Assembly (NCBI GenBank): GCA_963701095.1
Contig: OY969564.1
Location: forward strand, 1,824,001 to 1,888,000
From: an uncultured Methanoregulaceae archaeon
GTDB taxonomy: Archaea > Halobacteriota > Methanomicrobia > Methanomicrobiales > Methanospirillaceae
Reading direction: 5' to 3'
DNA: 64,000 nt
The notes below the pieces were generated by a model, which worked only from the letters and a program-made list of their open reading frames with translations, had not been told where the DNA came from and searched no databases. Positions 43,548-53,025 of this stretch are shown here, one piece after another. Position 1 is the stretch's first letter, and the number at the start of each line of letters is the position of its first letter. A program made the position numbers and the translations under genes.

Positions 43548-45080
43548 TCAAGCGGTTCTGACTGCTGCGCCACGGTTGCGTGCGGAGGTTATGAGCGTTG
43601 TACCTCCCCCTATTTCCTTTAGATATGACTGCACTGCATGTTCGATATCCTGTAATCCTGTGTCACCGATGGCATACAGGGTTGGGCCAAACGAGCTCAT
43701 TCCGGCTCCTGCAGCCCCGGCTTCCCGCATCGTATCGAGAAGTTTGGTAACTTCATGGGGCTGATAGGAAAGCTCAATCTTCTTGAATCCGAGATCCTGA
43801 ATTGCATTGACAGACATACCAAACAAATCGAGATCCTTTTCCACGATACCTGGAAGCATCCGCATTAAAACTTCGTGGCACAGTGTCCTGATCTCCTCAA
43901 GCGGGACCGGACAGCAGGTCCGGAAGATCTCCTGCTCCCGCATCCCGCTTGCCCCTTCCGTAAGTGCCGGGGTAGCAAGCAAAATGTGCCAGTCCTCGGG
44001 AAAATCGTGACGCATAAGAACAGGCGGTGGCCGGATGCCTTTTGATGCGGATGACGGTGCAAAACCGGTTTTTTCGCAGCCGGGTCCGAACCGGTGACCG
44101 CCGTCAACGATGAAACCCCCGTGATCGAATGCGGCACTACCAATACCGGAAGTTCCACCGCGCCCGGCCATCCGGGCGAGCTCTGCAAGGGAAAGGGTCG
44201 TACCAAACAGTTCGCAGCAGGCCCGGGCCGTGGCAAGTGCGACTTGGGAACCGCTCCCGAGGCCCCGGTGAGCCGGGAAATATTCCCGTACCGTGATCGA
44301 GACACTTCCCCCCGCATGAATTGCAGTAAGGACAGTCTCTGCGCACCGCCTGACCAGCGCCGCGGTCTGAACGTCATCACAGTGAACTTCGAGGGAGGAG
44401 CTTGCTTGCGCTTCAAGATGAACTGCGGGGTCTTCAAGTGCTATCCCGATCCCACCGTCTACCCGTCCCAGTACGCCATTCATGTCGAGAAGGGTAAGAT
44501 GGATGCGCGACGGTGTCCGCACAATTACCCTGCGCTCATCAAGGAACTTGTTGAACGGGAACTGTTCTTCAATGAAGATGAGGGGTTCACCGCTATGGAT
44601 AATCCGGTACTGGCGGGAGAGGACCGGTTCGTTTTTGCAAACAGAGAAAATCCCTCCTGTATCATCAGGCGCTACTCGAGCGGTGAGGATTTCCCGTCTG
44701 GATTCAATATGGTGACGTTCGATGATTTTTCCGATAGGGATGTCGGCCCGCATAAGGTCATCGCGGAACTCAGGTTCCAGCCGATCAATAGGTGTCTGGG
44801 ATTTCGCGTAGACCAGCACTTCCCCGGTGGCAGCGTCAAGGAGTTCAACGATCCGGTGATTTACAGTAGCACCCTTGGCGACGCTCAGGCGTTCTGCTGC
44901 GACGGCATCGGCTTTCACAATTCTTTGTTCCCGGGTCCGGACCGAAACCTGGTGACCGGTAACCGATTCCAGCAGCTGCGTAATCGATCCGTCAGTACCA
45001 AGGAGAATTTTCTGGACTGGCGAGAGTTTGCCTACCTGATTTTCTATCTCTTTGAGACAGTATGCAAAATCCATCCACAC
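43548..45080 (-). CDS. mptG: beta-RFA-P synthase (GHMP fold) with N-terminal DUF98 chorismate-lyase-like domain
   Basis: N-terminal LLGTDGSITQLLE, ADIPIG, IEEQF; C-terminal TPSRIH, RVDGGIG, GLGSGSQ, GRGGTSGIG, SSFGP. Confidence 0.9.
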   Translation of the reverse strand: MWMDFAYCLKEIENQVGKLSPVQKILLGTDGSITQLLESVTGHQVSVRTREQRIVKADAVAAERLSVAKGATVNHRIVELLDAATGEVLVYAKSQTPIDRLEPEFRDDLMRADIPIGKIIERHHIESRREILTARVAPDDTGGIFSVCKNEPVLSRQYRIIHSGEPLIFIEEQFPFNKFLDERRVIVRTPSRIHLTLLDMNGVLGRVDGGIGIALEDPAVHLEAQASSSLEVHCDDVQTAALVRRCAETVLTAIHAGGSVSITVREYFPAHRGLGSGSQVALATARACCELFGTTLSLAELARMAGRGGTSGIGSAAFDHGGFIVDGGHRFGPGCEKTGFAPSSASKGIRPPPVLMRHDFPEDWHILLATPALTEGASGMREQEIFRTCCPVPLEEIRTLCHEVLMRMLPGIVEKDLDLFGMSVNAIQDLGFKKIELSYQPHEVTKLLDTMREAGAAGAGMSSFGPTLYAIGDTGLQDIEHAVQSYLKEIGGGTTLITSARNRGAAVRTA

Positions 45081-45143
45081 AACCTCCGTTCCAGACTACA
45101 TAAGGTTACGGATTTCACCGGGCGTAACCATTAAAATGAATGA

Positions 45144-45524
45144 TCAGCGGCGTGAGGGATGCTTGTGCAGTCTCCTCTCCTTCCCGAAACGCTGATCCGG
45201 GAGCTGCACCTGTGCGCCGATCTCGGCGATAGTCTCTGCAGTGAGTCGCCCTTTAACCCCTATAACGTCGCCGGAACGAATTGTGCTGACTTTTGCAGTA
45301 AGGACAAAACTTTCGCTGAAAAGATCGAGACCCCCTTTTGAAAATTCGTCAAGTCCGATAGGGGTACTAGGGGCATCGGTGGGGGGCCTGCTGCTGATTG
45401 GGCAGACAAAGAGATCCCCGTTCTCCCTTGTTGAAACTACAAGCGCGGGTCTGGTTTTCACACCGTTCCGCTCCTCAAATGGAACCGGGGCAAGAATCAC
45501 GTCACCCCGGACATAATGTCCCAT
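45144..45524 (-). CDS. PemK/MazF family endoribonuclease-like protein
   Basis: RGDVILAPVPF, KTRPALVVS, VCPISS, GRL. Confidence 0.85.
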   Translation of the reverse strand: MGHYVRGDVILAPVPFEERNGVKTRPALVVSTRENGDLFVCPISSRPPTDAPSTPIGLDEFSKGGLDLFSESFVLTAKVSTIRSGDVIGVKGRLTAETIAEIGAQVQLPDQRFGKERRLHKHPSRR

Positions 45525-45625
45525 ATCCGGAATATCCGGCGTTTGAAATGCATAAGGCCATTGGTTACAACCTCGCATTCTCTACGGAGTCCTTAAGAGT
45601 ACCCGGATTAGAATGTGATTAGAAA

Positions 45626-45958
45626 ATGCCTCGCTGCGATGTTTGCGGGAAAAATGTCTCGCTCCCGTTCCACTGCCAGTACTGCGGAAAAAATTTCTGC
45701 GGCGATCACCGGCTGCCACCGGATCATGCCTGCTCTGGTCTTGCAGCCTGGAAAAAGAGTCCTGCACCTGGTGTGGGTATACGCTATGGGAGTGGCGGTA
45801 CAAGCGCATACGGGGGAGGTTTTTCGACAGCGCCACAGGATACACGCTCCCGTCAGCGCACTGCGCAGCGCATCTCATATCTGAAGATTGCAGCGGTAGT
45901 TATCTTATGCATACTCGTAATTATTTTCCTGTTTGTGCTGATAGGGCACCACGGGTGA
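45626..45958 (+). CDS. AN1-type zinc finger protein with C-terminal TM anchor
   Basis: CDVC..PFHCQYCGKNFCGDHRLPPDHAC; terminal hydrophobic helix. Confidence 0.9.
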   Translation: MPRCDVCGKNVSLPFHCQYCGKNFCGDHRLPPDHACSGLAAWKKSPAPGVGIRYGSGGTSAYGGGFSTAPQDTRSRQRTAQRISYLKIAAVVILCILVIIFLFVLIGHHG

Positions 45959-46100
45959 AAGACGCGGGCAGGGGAATCCTGACAAATCTTGAAAAAATTC
46001 AAGACAGTACATTCAATAAACATACCGTACGCAAACCGCCGTGGCAAAAACCGGCAGGGAATTTGCGTCTGCACCGCACAGAAAAAGGAGCCAAGTTTCA

Positions 46101-46769
46101 ATGAGAATCCTCGCAATCCATGGAAGCCCTCGAACGATTCGTAGTACCACTCGTAGATTAGCCAATTTTGTGCTTGAGGGAGCTGCAGATGCAGGAGCAG
46201 CAACCGAAATTATTGATCTTGCCGACTACCGGATTATTCCCTGCACTGCCTGCGAAGCGTGTATTCTCAATGGCATCTGCGTCAATGACGATGACGTCCC
46301 GGCAATAATAAGCCGTATGAAAGAGGCGGATGCCCTTGTCTTTGGTTCACCTGTGTATATTGATAATATAACCGGGCAAATGAAGATATTTTTTGACCGG
46401 CTCGCTGATGCGATCCATTACCAGCAATTTTCCGGGAAATATGGTTGTTCAGTGGCAACCACTGCTGAATCCGGGAGTGCCGAGGTTGTCGCCTACCTTA
46501 ATCATGTTCTCAATTATCTCGGCGTCGTTTGCGTTGGTGGAATTGGTATTGCAACCGAGGGACAATCAGCAAAGGTTGAAGAATATGAGCCGGCAGCACG
46601 GGCACTGGGGAAAAAACTCGTAGATGCGGTCCGGGAGGGATACATCGATCCTGCCCAGGATGCAACCCTCTCCGATAATCGTGCGTACTTCAAAAATATT
46701 GTTGAGGTAAACAAAGACCTCCGTATTGCTGATTATGACCGGTGGGTACGGATGGGCTGGATTAAGTAG
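46101..46769 (+). CDS. Iron-sulfur flavoprotein (Isf/flavodoxin family)
   Basis: GSPR, CTACEAC..GIC, GSPVY, MKIFFDR. Confidence 0.92.
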   Translation: MRILAIHGSPRTIRSTTRRLANFVLEGAADAGAATEIIDLADYRIIPCTACEACILNGICVNDDDVPAIISRMKEADALVFGSPVYIDNITGQMKIFFDRLADAIHYQQFSGKYGCSVATTAESGSAEVVAYLNHVLNYLGVVCVGGIGIATEGQSAKVEEYEPAARALGKKLVDAVREGYIDPAQDATLSDNRAYFKNIVEVNKDLRIADYDRWVRMGWIK

Positions 46770-46814
46770 ATTAACTAACCAGAAATCGGGTCTACTGCAA
46801 AAAGAAAGGTTGGC

Positions 46815-47387
46815 TCAGAAATTTTCAGTATAAATTTCAAAATATGCCTGAGGGTGACTGCATGCAGGGCATTTCAGCGGTGCGGAAGTGCCTTCGAATA
46901 CATATCCACACTCCCGGCAGTACCATTTAACAGGGGAATCGCGTTTGAATATAGTCCCTTTCTCCAGGTTAGACCACAACCGATTATATCGTTGTTCATG
47001 GTACTTTTCGGCAACTGCGACTTGTTTAAAGAGATTAGCTATTGGGAGAAACCCCTCGTCTTTTGCCGTCCCGGCAAAGGACGGGTAAAGAGTCCCCCAC
47101 TCCATCATCTCTCCATCAGCTGCTGCTTTGAGATTCTCTTTTGTGCTACCAATGACTCCTGCGGGATACCCGGCTGTGATCTCTACCATACCTCCTTTAA
47201 GGTACGAGAAGAACAGTTTCGCATGTTCTTTCTCCTCTTCTGCGGTCTGTAAAAAGACACCTGCTACCTGCTCATAACCTTCTTTTTTTGCAACATCTGC
47301 AAAATAGCTGTACCGGTTCCGTGCCTGTGATTCCCCGGCAAATGCTGCAAGGACATTTCTCTCTGTTTTACTTCCCACGAATTCCAT
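46815..47387 (-). CDS. rbr: Rubrerythrin
   Basis: AFAGESQARNRY, EKEHA, EKYHE, C-terminal CRECG..CPAC. Confidence 0.97.
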   Translation of the reverse strand: MEFVGSKTERNVLAAFAGESQARNRYSYFADVAKKEGYEQVAGVFLQTAEEEKEHAKLFFSYLKGGMVEITAGYPAGVIGSTKENLKAAADGEMMEWGTLYPSFAGTAKDEGFLPIANLFKQVAVAEKYHEQRYNRLWSNLEKGTIFKRDSPVKWYCRECGYVFEGTSAPLKCPACSHPQAYFEIYTENF

Positions 47388-47518
47388 AATCGAATCTCCT
47401 ACTTCAGAAAGGGCTTTTTCGATAGATCCCCGTCCGGTAAACCCGTTGCTTGATCCCGTTTAAAGAAACGATGGAAGCCTGTTGTAATCAATATTATGTT
47501 ACTGACAGATCGGACTAA

Positions 47519-48871
47519 TTAGAGATGGATTACTGGCATGCCAGAGAAACGATATGCCTCTTTCAGCACGACAATTTCGAACCTGGCCCCTTTGCCAGGT
47601 ACTCCTGTTTCTGTGATCGTTAAACCGGTAATCGCGAGTATCTCGCGGGTAAGAAAAAGACCAAGTCCGGTATTTTTCCCAAAACCTTTCTGGAAGATCC
47701 TCTCTTTATCCTCCATGGAAATACCTGCGCCATTGTCGCAATACGTGAGGATAAGCCCTGCTTCTGATTCGTGAGAAGAAAAGTCTATTTTTGATACCTG
47801 ATTACCGTGGCGGATTGAATTGTCAATGAGATTGTAAAATACTTTTTCAAGAAGCGGATCTGCATAAATCTCTACCGGGGGTACCCTGATATCGACGAGA
47901 ATGGAATGGAGATCAACACTTGCTAGTGCAAGTGAAACCGTCTCTGCGACATTATGCCACTGGGGCGAATGAACACCTATATTCTGGTAATCACGGGTGA
48001 ACAATATCTGGCTTCGGATCGCATTTGCCGCTTGCTCTTCCTTTTCCAGGTAACTGATCAGTTGGGGGTCGGTAATCTTCTGTTTGGATAGCTCGATAAA
48101 TCCATGGAGTGCAGAGAGCTGGTTGAGGATATCATGTCGCGTGATATTGTTGAGCAGGTTGAGTTTCTTATTAGCCTGTGTCAATGATGCATGTGATAAT
48201 TTATTGTCGGTAATATCGACAGTCGTACAGATAACAACAGGATCACCGGTTTCAGCAGCAGAGACAAGTACCCATCGCGTACTTCCATCGCCGGTACGAA
48301 TCCTGACTTCTATGTCACCGACCCTCCGTTTATCGCGGATTTTGTTGATAAAACCTTCTTGATCTTCCCAGTCCGGAATAAGGTCAGGCAGCGACTTCTG
48401 CATGAGTTCATCGCAGCTGTAACCAATCATGGCAGCAAATTTTTTATTGGCATCCTGTATTTCCAGGCTGTCCCGGTTATAACTAAAGGCCCCCGCCTGG
48501 GAGTTGTAATACGCCCCACAGGTCTTCTCGCTTTCTTTTCGATACTCCAGTGAATAGGTAGAGATGAGAACACCAAGTGAAACGAAGATGTAGAACCAGA
48601 TTGTGGCAAGCGTATATGTCCGGATGTCTGGCAGTCCTATGATAAACACCAGAGCGACATACAGCCAGCCTATCAGGATAGATCCATAGATACTCAGCTT
48701 CGGGCGGGAATATGCAATAAGGATGATAGGGATGAGATAAAAGTACGGGAATACATCGTAAATGCCCCGATGAATACTAAAATAGGTGATTAATCCTGAA
48801 ACAATAATGCTGCCGATGACACAGAGATCAAATAAGATCTGCCTTTTTCGAGTGAGCGGCCTCATCGTCAT
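47519..48871 (-). CDS. Membrane PAS-domain sensor histidine kinase
   Basis: 4 TM, PAS, RHDILN H-box, NLIDNSIRHG, DNGAG, GLGL. Confidence 0.93.
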   Translation of the reverse strand: MTMRPLTRKRQILFDLCVIGSIIVSGLITYFSIHRGIYDVFPYFYLIPIILIAYSRPKLSIYGSILIGWLYVALVFIIGLPDIRTYTLATIWFYIFVSLGVLISTYSLEYRKESEKTCGAYYNSQAGAFSYNRDSLEIQDANKKFAAMIGYSCDELMQKSLPDLIPDWEDQEGFINKIRDKRRVGDIEVRIRTGDGSTRWVLVSAAETGDPVVICTTVDITDNKLSHASLTQANKKLNLLNNITRHDILNQLSALHGFIELSKQKITDPQLISYLEKEEQAANAIRSQILFTRDYQNIGVHSPQWHNVAETVSLALASVDLHSILVDIRVPPVEIYADPLLEKVFYNLIDNSIRHGNQVSKIDFSSHESEAGLILTYCDNGAGISMEDKERIFQKGFGKNTGLGLFLTREILAITGLTITETGVPGKGARFEIVVLKEAYRFSGMPVIHL

Positions 48872-49046
48872 GGTTCAGTAATAACTCAATCCCGGTTTGT
48901 AATTTAACTGTACCCAACTAATAATTTCTGAAGATAAATATATTGTTCCCGGATGTATATAGGTTGGTAAAAGATGAGCACCCCAACAATCGACGTCAGT
49001 GGATGAAGGAATGTGATTTTTTAAAAGCCAGAATCACAAAAGAGAG

Positions 49047-49120
49047 CGGGCCTGAAGGGATTTGAACCCTTGACCTGCGGATTAAGAGTCCGCCGCTATG
49101 CCGAACTAAGTGACAGACCC
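49047..49120 (-). tRNA. tRNA-Lys(CTT)
   Basis: GGGTCTG/CAGGCCC acceptor, GCGGA-CTCTTAA-TCCGC; positions 9-10 read CA instead of the usual AG. Confidence 0.9.
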
Positions 49121-49230
49121 ACGTAGCCTAATAATGTGGCCGGTACGGCCGAATAAATGTTTTGGAACCAAAAAAGCACGGAGTCCCGGAGAATCTCTTT
49201 ATACGTGGGTGTGCACCATCTTTTTTATAC

Positions 49231-50700
49231 ATGCCTGAATCAGCCGCGTTTGAATCCAGTGAATCGATGAAATACTGCATCTTCGGGTGTGGGACAAACG
49301 GGTACAATATTATCCTCGAACTAGCAAAAGAAAACGAACGGGCTTTCGTTGTCGACTGCGACGATACACGCGTCCGTCATCTTCGCGATCAGAAATACGA
49401 CGCGTACGTAAGGGATATCACAGTGTCGGATATGCTTGTAGGTCTCCCGTCATTTGAAATCGCGTTTGTGATGACCGGCAATGCGGATGCAAACCTCGCA
49501 GGTGTTGCCACCATAAAAAAACGGTATCCGTCCGTTCAGGTTATCGCAAGGGCAGTTGACCCGATTACCGGCGGCAGGCTTACGGCAGCCGGTGCCGATC
49601 TTGTACTATACCCCCAGGAAGTTGTTGCAAAGACCGCGGTCTTCCAAATTAAAAAGCAGCATGCGAGCAGGATCTCCCAAAGACTTTTTTCGCTTCTTGC
49701 CGGTTGGGATGGTATCTTGGGGATCATCACACACAAGAACCCGGATCCTGATGCAATTGCAAGCGCCATGGCACTTGCCGAAATAGCCCGTCATGCAAAC
49801 TCAAAGACTCTCACCACCAGGATTTTCTATGAAGGAAACATCGGCCACCAGGAGAACCGGACCTTCGTCAACCTGCTTGACATTAAGATGGAGCACCTGA
49901 CACAGGAAGCAGTCCAGAAATGTACTTATCTTGCTATGGTTGACTGCTCAGGACCGGGAGCAAATAATGACGTTTCGCCCCAGACAAAGATCCAGATCAT
50001 TATCGATCATCACAAGGATGGAAGCCACGCTGCCAGCCAAGGTACATTTACGGATATCCGACCTGGAATTGGGGCGACGGCAAGTATCATGACCCAGTAC
50101 CTCCAGGAACTCGATATACCGGTCGATAAAAGGGTTGCAACCGCGCTCCTGTACGGTATCAGAACCGATACCAAGGAGTTCAAGAGGAACGTTACACCAC
50201 AGGATCTCGGAAATGCAGGGTTCCTTCTCCCCCTCACCGATGCAGATCTTCTTGATAAGATCATGTCGCCCTCCATGTCACAAGAGACAATTGATGTCAT
50301 GGGAAAGGCGATCCAGAACCGCAAAATCCAAAGCGGGTACCTGTTTTCGAATGTCGGATATGTCATGAACCGCGATGCATTGCCGCAGGCAGCTGACCTG
50401 CTTATTACGTTGGAAGGAGTAAACACCGCTCTTGTATATGGTATCACTGATACATCGATTGTTATCTCAGCCAGGAACCGGGATATACGGTTGCACGTGG
50501 GAAACGCGCTTGCGGAAGCGTTCGGGGATATGGGTGACGCCGGTGGTCATCCAAACATGGCCGCGGCAAATCTTCCGCTCCATTATTTCGGGAATGTCTC
50601 GGATAAAGTGGCACTCCTGGAGATTACCATTGAGCCAATTCTCCAAAAATTTAAGAACCTCGTCGGTCTTGAAAACGAGGACAGAAAAAATGAGGAATGA
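49231..50700 (+). CDS. RCK_N (TrkA-N)-DHH/DHHA1 phosphoesterase fusion
   Basis: IFGCG Rossmann motif; THKNPDPDA, DHH, GIRTDT, AGGH. Confidence 0.92.
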   Translation: MPESAAFESSESMKYCIFGCGTNGYNIILELAKENERAFVVDCDDTRVRHLRDQKYDAYVRDITVSDMLVGLPSFEIAFVMTGNADANLAGVATIKKRYPSVQVIARAVDPITGGRLTAAGADLVLYPQEVVAKTAVFQIKKQHASRISQRLFSLLAGWDGILGIITHKNPDPDAIASAMALAEIARHANSKTLTTRIFYEGNIGHQENRTFVNLLDIKMEHLTQEAVQKCTYLAMVDCSGPGANNDVSPQTKIQIIIDHHKDGSHAASQGTFTDIRPGIGATASIMTQYLQELDIPVDKRVATALLYGIRTDTKEFKRNVTPQDLGNAGFLLPLTDADLLDKIMSPSMSQETIDVMGKAIQNRKIQSGYLFSNVGYVMNRDALPQAADLLITLEGVNTALVYGITDTSIVISARNRDIRLHVGNALAEAFGDMGDAGGHPNMAAANLPLHYFGNVSDKVALLEITIEPILQKFKNLVGLENEDRKNEE

Positions 50701-50742
50701 TGTCAACCCGGTCATTTTTCCCCGGGCAGAGCGCAGATAATC

Positions 50743-51369
50743 ATGGAATTTTCAGCATGGGAGCCCCATTACCTTGAGATCCTTGCGTACTTCGGTTTCT
50801 CCCGGGAAGACGATGAGAAAGCTGCAAAACTTCTCGCGACGCTGCTGAATCGGGATGATCTCTCCACGCTGATCCAGTTAGTAAAAGGATATGGCGTCAC
50901 GGTATGCGGTAATGCTCCCTTACTTGAACGGGAGCTAGCGCTCATTCCCGATGGCAGTGTTATTTTTGCCGCAGACGCTGCAGCAGATGTACTTTTCACC
51001 CATGGCATTCGTCCAGATGCAGTTTTTACCGATCTTGACGGTGCTACCGATTTGCTTATAGAAATGAACCAGGCCGGGACTATCGTCGTGGTACACGCAC
51101 ATGGCGATAATATTTCTCTCATTCGGTACTGGGTGCCACGATTTACCGGCCCCGTTATTGGGACAACGCAAAGTACTCCATTGGCGCACGTCCACAACTT
51201 TGGAGGTTTTTCCGACGGTGACCGCGCTGTATTTGCTGCGGATTCTCTTGGCGCGGAAAGAATTACTCTGGTAGGCTTTGATCTTGATGACCCGAATGTT
51301 GACCCGGTCAAACACGGAAAACTTATATGGGCAAAGAAACTCCTTGCTCTAATCGGCCATGACCACTGA
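50743..51369 (+). CDS. mptE: 6-hydroxymethyl-7,8-dihydropterin pyrophosphokinase (DUF115)
   Basis: AAD, TDLDG, VHAHGDN, NFGGFSDGDRA, KL.WA. Confidence 0.88.
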   Translation: MEFSAWEPHYLEILAYFGFSREDDEKAAKLLATLLNRDDLSTLIQLVKGYGVTVCGNAPLLERELALIPDGSVIFAADAAADVLFTHGIRPDAVFTDLDGATDLLIEMNQAGTIVVVHAHGDNISLIRYWVPRFTGPVIGTTQSTPLAHVHNFGGFSDGDRAVFAADSLGAERITLVGFDLDDPNVDPVKHGKLIWAKKLLALIGHDH

Positions 51370-53020
51370 TGCACGGAGAGTAACAGATGCAATAATCCTT
51401 GACGGATACGTCGATGAACCGGCCTGCCTTGGTGTGCCTCCGTATGTTTCACCGTACATACGGACAGTTGCAGGAGTTCTTGAAACCAGAGGTATTGCTG
51501 TCAGGTATATTACCATTGACCAGCTCCGGAATGATCCACAGCTGCTAAACGTTCTAGATAAGTCCGGCCTTCTCGTTGCGATTACGGGAGTAACAGTACC
51601 GGGAAAGTACATCGGAGGCACGCCGGCCACGCTCACTGAGCTCAGGCAGGTGGGACACATGATTCATGGCCCGCGGAAACTGATTGGCGGTCCGATAGGT
51701 TTCGGATATGCAGAAGAAGGCGGAAAAAAGGCAGTAAAAGAACCAATGACCGGTTTTGATACGCTGCTTGCCGGTGATCCTGCTAATGCTCTGGATCAAT
51801 TTCTTGACGGCGGTGAACCCATGGGGGTCTTCGATTACTCCAGGACCGACCAATGGAGCGTCGCTGGAGCCGGAGTCATTACCCAACACCCGGATTTTCC
51901 ATTTGTGATGTGCGAACTAGAGACTGCCCGGGGCTGTTCACATGGCGCAACTGGCGGATGCTCGTTTTGCACCGAACCATTCTATGGGAGACCTAGGTAC
52001 CGATCTGTCATCGGCATTGCTGCTGAAGTTGCTGCCCTTGCTGCCCACGGTGCCATGCATTTCAGGGTTGGCCGACAGCCGGACATTCTTGCCTATGGGG
52101 CGGGGGAAGGTGAATATCCATCACCGAGGCCTGATCGTATTGAAGAACTTTTTTCTGCGATCAGGATATCGGCACCGGATCTCAAAACACTCCATATAGA
52201 TAATACGAACCCGGCCACTATCGCCAGGCATGAAGAAAAAAGCCGGGAGGCACTTGCTGCAATAGTCCGCCATCATACGCCCGGTGACGTCGCGGCTTTT
52301 GGCATGGAGACCGCCGATCCGGCAGTTATCTCGGCTAATAATCTCAAAGCTCAGCCCGATGAGGTTTTCCGGGCAATTGAGATTGTAAACGAGATCGGCG
52401 GCGCCCGCTGTGATGGAATCCCGGACCTTTTGCCCGGTCTCAACTTCGTATGCGGACTCTCTGGTGAAAGCGCGGGTACGTACGAAATGAACGAGCACTT
52501 TCTCACGCGCGTGCTCAAATCTGGCCTCATGCTGCGGCGTGTAAACATCCGGCAGGTAATGCCTTTTGAAGGCACTCCAGCATACATGGATAACACTATC
52601 GGAAAACACGAACGTCGCTTCAGAGCGTTCAAGGATTTTGTGAGGACGAAAATTGATCTGCCCATGCTTCAACGTGTATTCCCGGTAGGAACTGTGCTCC
52701 GCGATGTGCGGATTGAAATTTCCGGAGACCTTTCATTTGGCCGGCAACCGGGTTCGTACCCGATCCTTGTTGGCATCCCTATGAATCTCACAGTCAGAAC
52801 CGTTGTGGATGTTGTGGTTGTAGATTGGGGTATGCGGTCAATTACTGCCCTTCCGCTCCCTCTTAATATCAATACTCTGCCGGCGTCAGCCCTTAGATGG
52901 CTGCCCGGCATAGGGAAGAAGCGGGCGGCATCAGTCATAGCAAAACGCCCGTTTCCCGATGTTGCAGAATTTAAAAAAATTATAGGGACCTCGCCGCTTG
53001 ATCCCTTCCTCGTATTTTGA
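51359..53020 (+). CDS. Radical SAM protein with C-terminal helix-hairpin-helix (COG1031-like)
   Basis: DGYVDEPACLGVPPY, CSHGATGGCSFC, RRVNIRQV, LPGIGKKRA. Confidence 0.9.
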   Translation: MTTDARRVTDAIILDGYVDEPACLGVPPYVSPYIRTVAGVLETRGIAVRYITIDQLRNDPQLLNVLDKSGLLVAITGVTVPGKYIGGTPATLTELRQVGHMIHGPRKLIGGPIGFGYAEEGGKKAVKEPMTGFDTLLAGDPANALDQFLDGGEPMGVFDYSRTDQWSVAGAGVITQHPDFPFVMCELETARGCSHGATGGCSFCTEPFYGRPRYRSVIGIAAEVAALAAHGAMHFRVGRQPDILAYGAGEGEYPSPRPDRIEELFSAIRISAPDLKTLHIDNTNPATIARHEEKSREALAAIVRHHTPGDVAAFGMETADPAVISANNLKAQPDEVFRAIEIVNEIGGARCDGIPDLLPGLNFVCGLSGESAGTYEMNEHFLTRVLKSGLMLRRVNIRQVMPFEGTPAYMDNTIGKHERRFRAFKDFVRTKIDLPMLQRVFPVGTVLRDVRIEISGDLSFGRQPGSYPILVGIPMNLTVRTVVDVVVVDWGMRSITALPLPLNINTLPASALRWLPGIGKKRAASVIAKRPFPDVAEFKKIIGTSPLDPFLVF

Positions 53021-53025
53021 ATTGT

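Noticed and set aside
44094..45134. 346-aa antisense ORF (similarly 10501..11100, 33963..34676, 50769..51452, 62515..63141)
   Set aside because: Shadows of well-supported genes on the opposite strand with no recognisable motifs
49047..49120. tRNA-Lys as a pseudo-tRNA
   Set aside because: The only defect is two bases at an expected AGCT site, matching the error pattern; all other arms pair
51359..53020. Radical SAM gene as the archaeosine enzyme RaSEA or MiaB/MtaB
   Set aside because: N-terminal DGYVDEP motif, CX7CX2C spacing and HhH tail fit the COG1031 type instead
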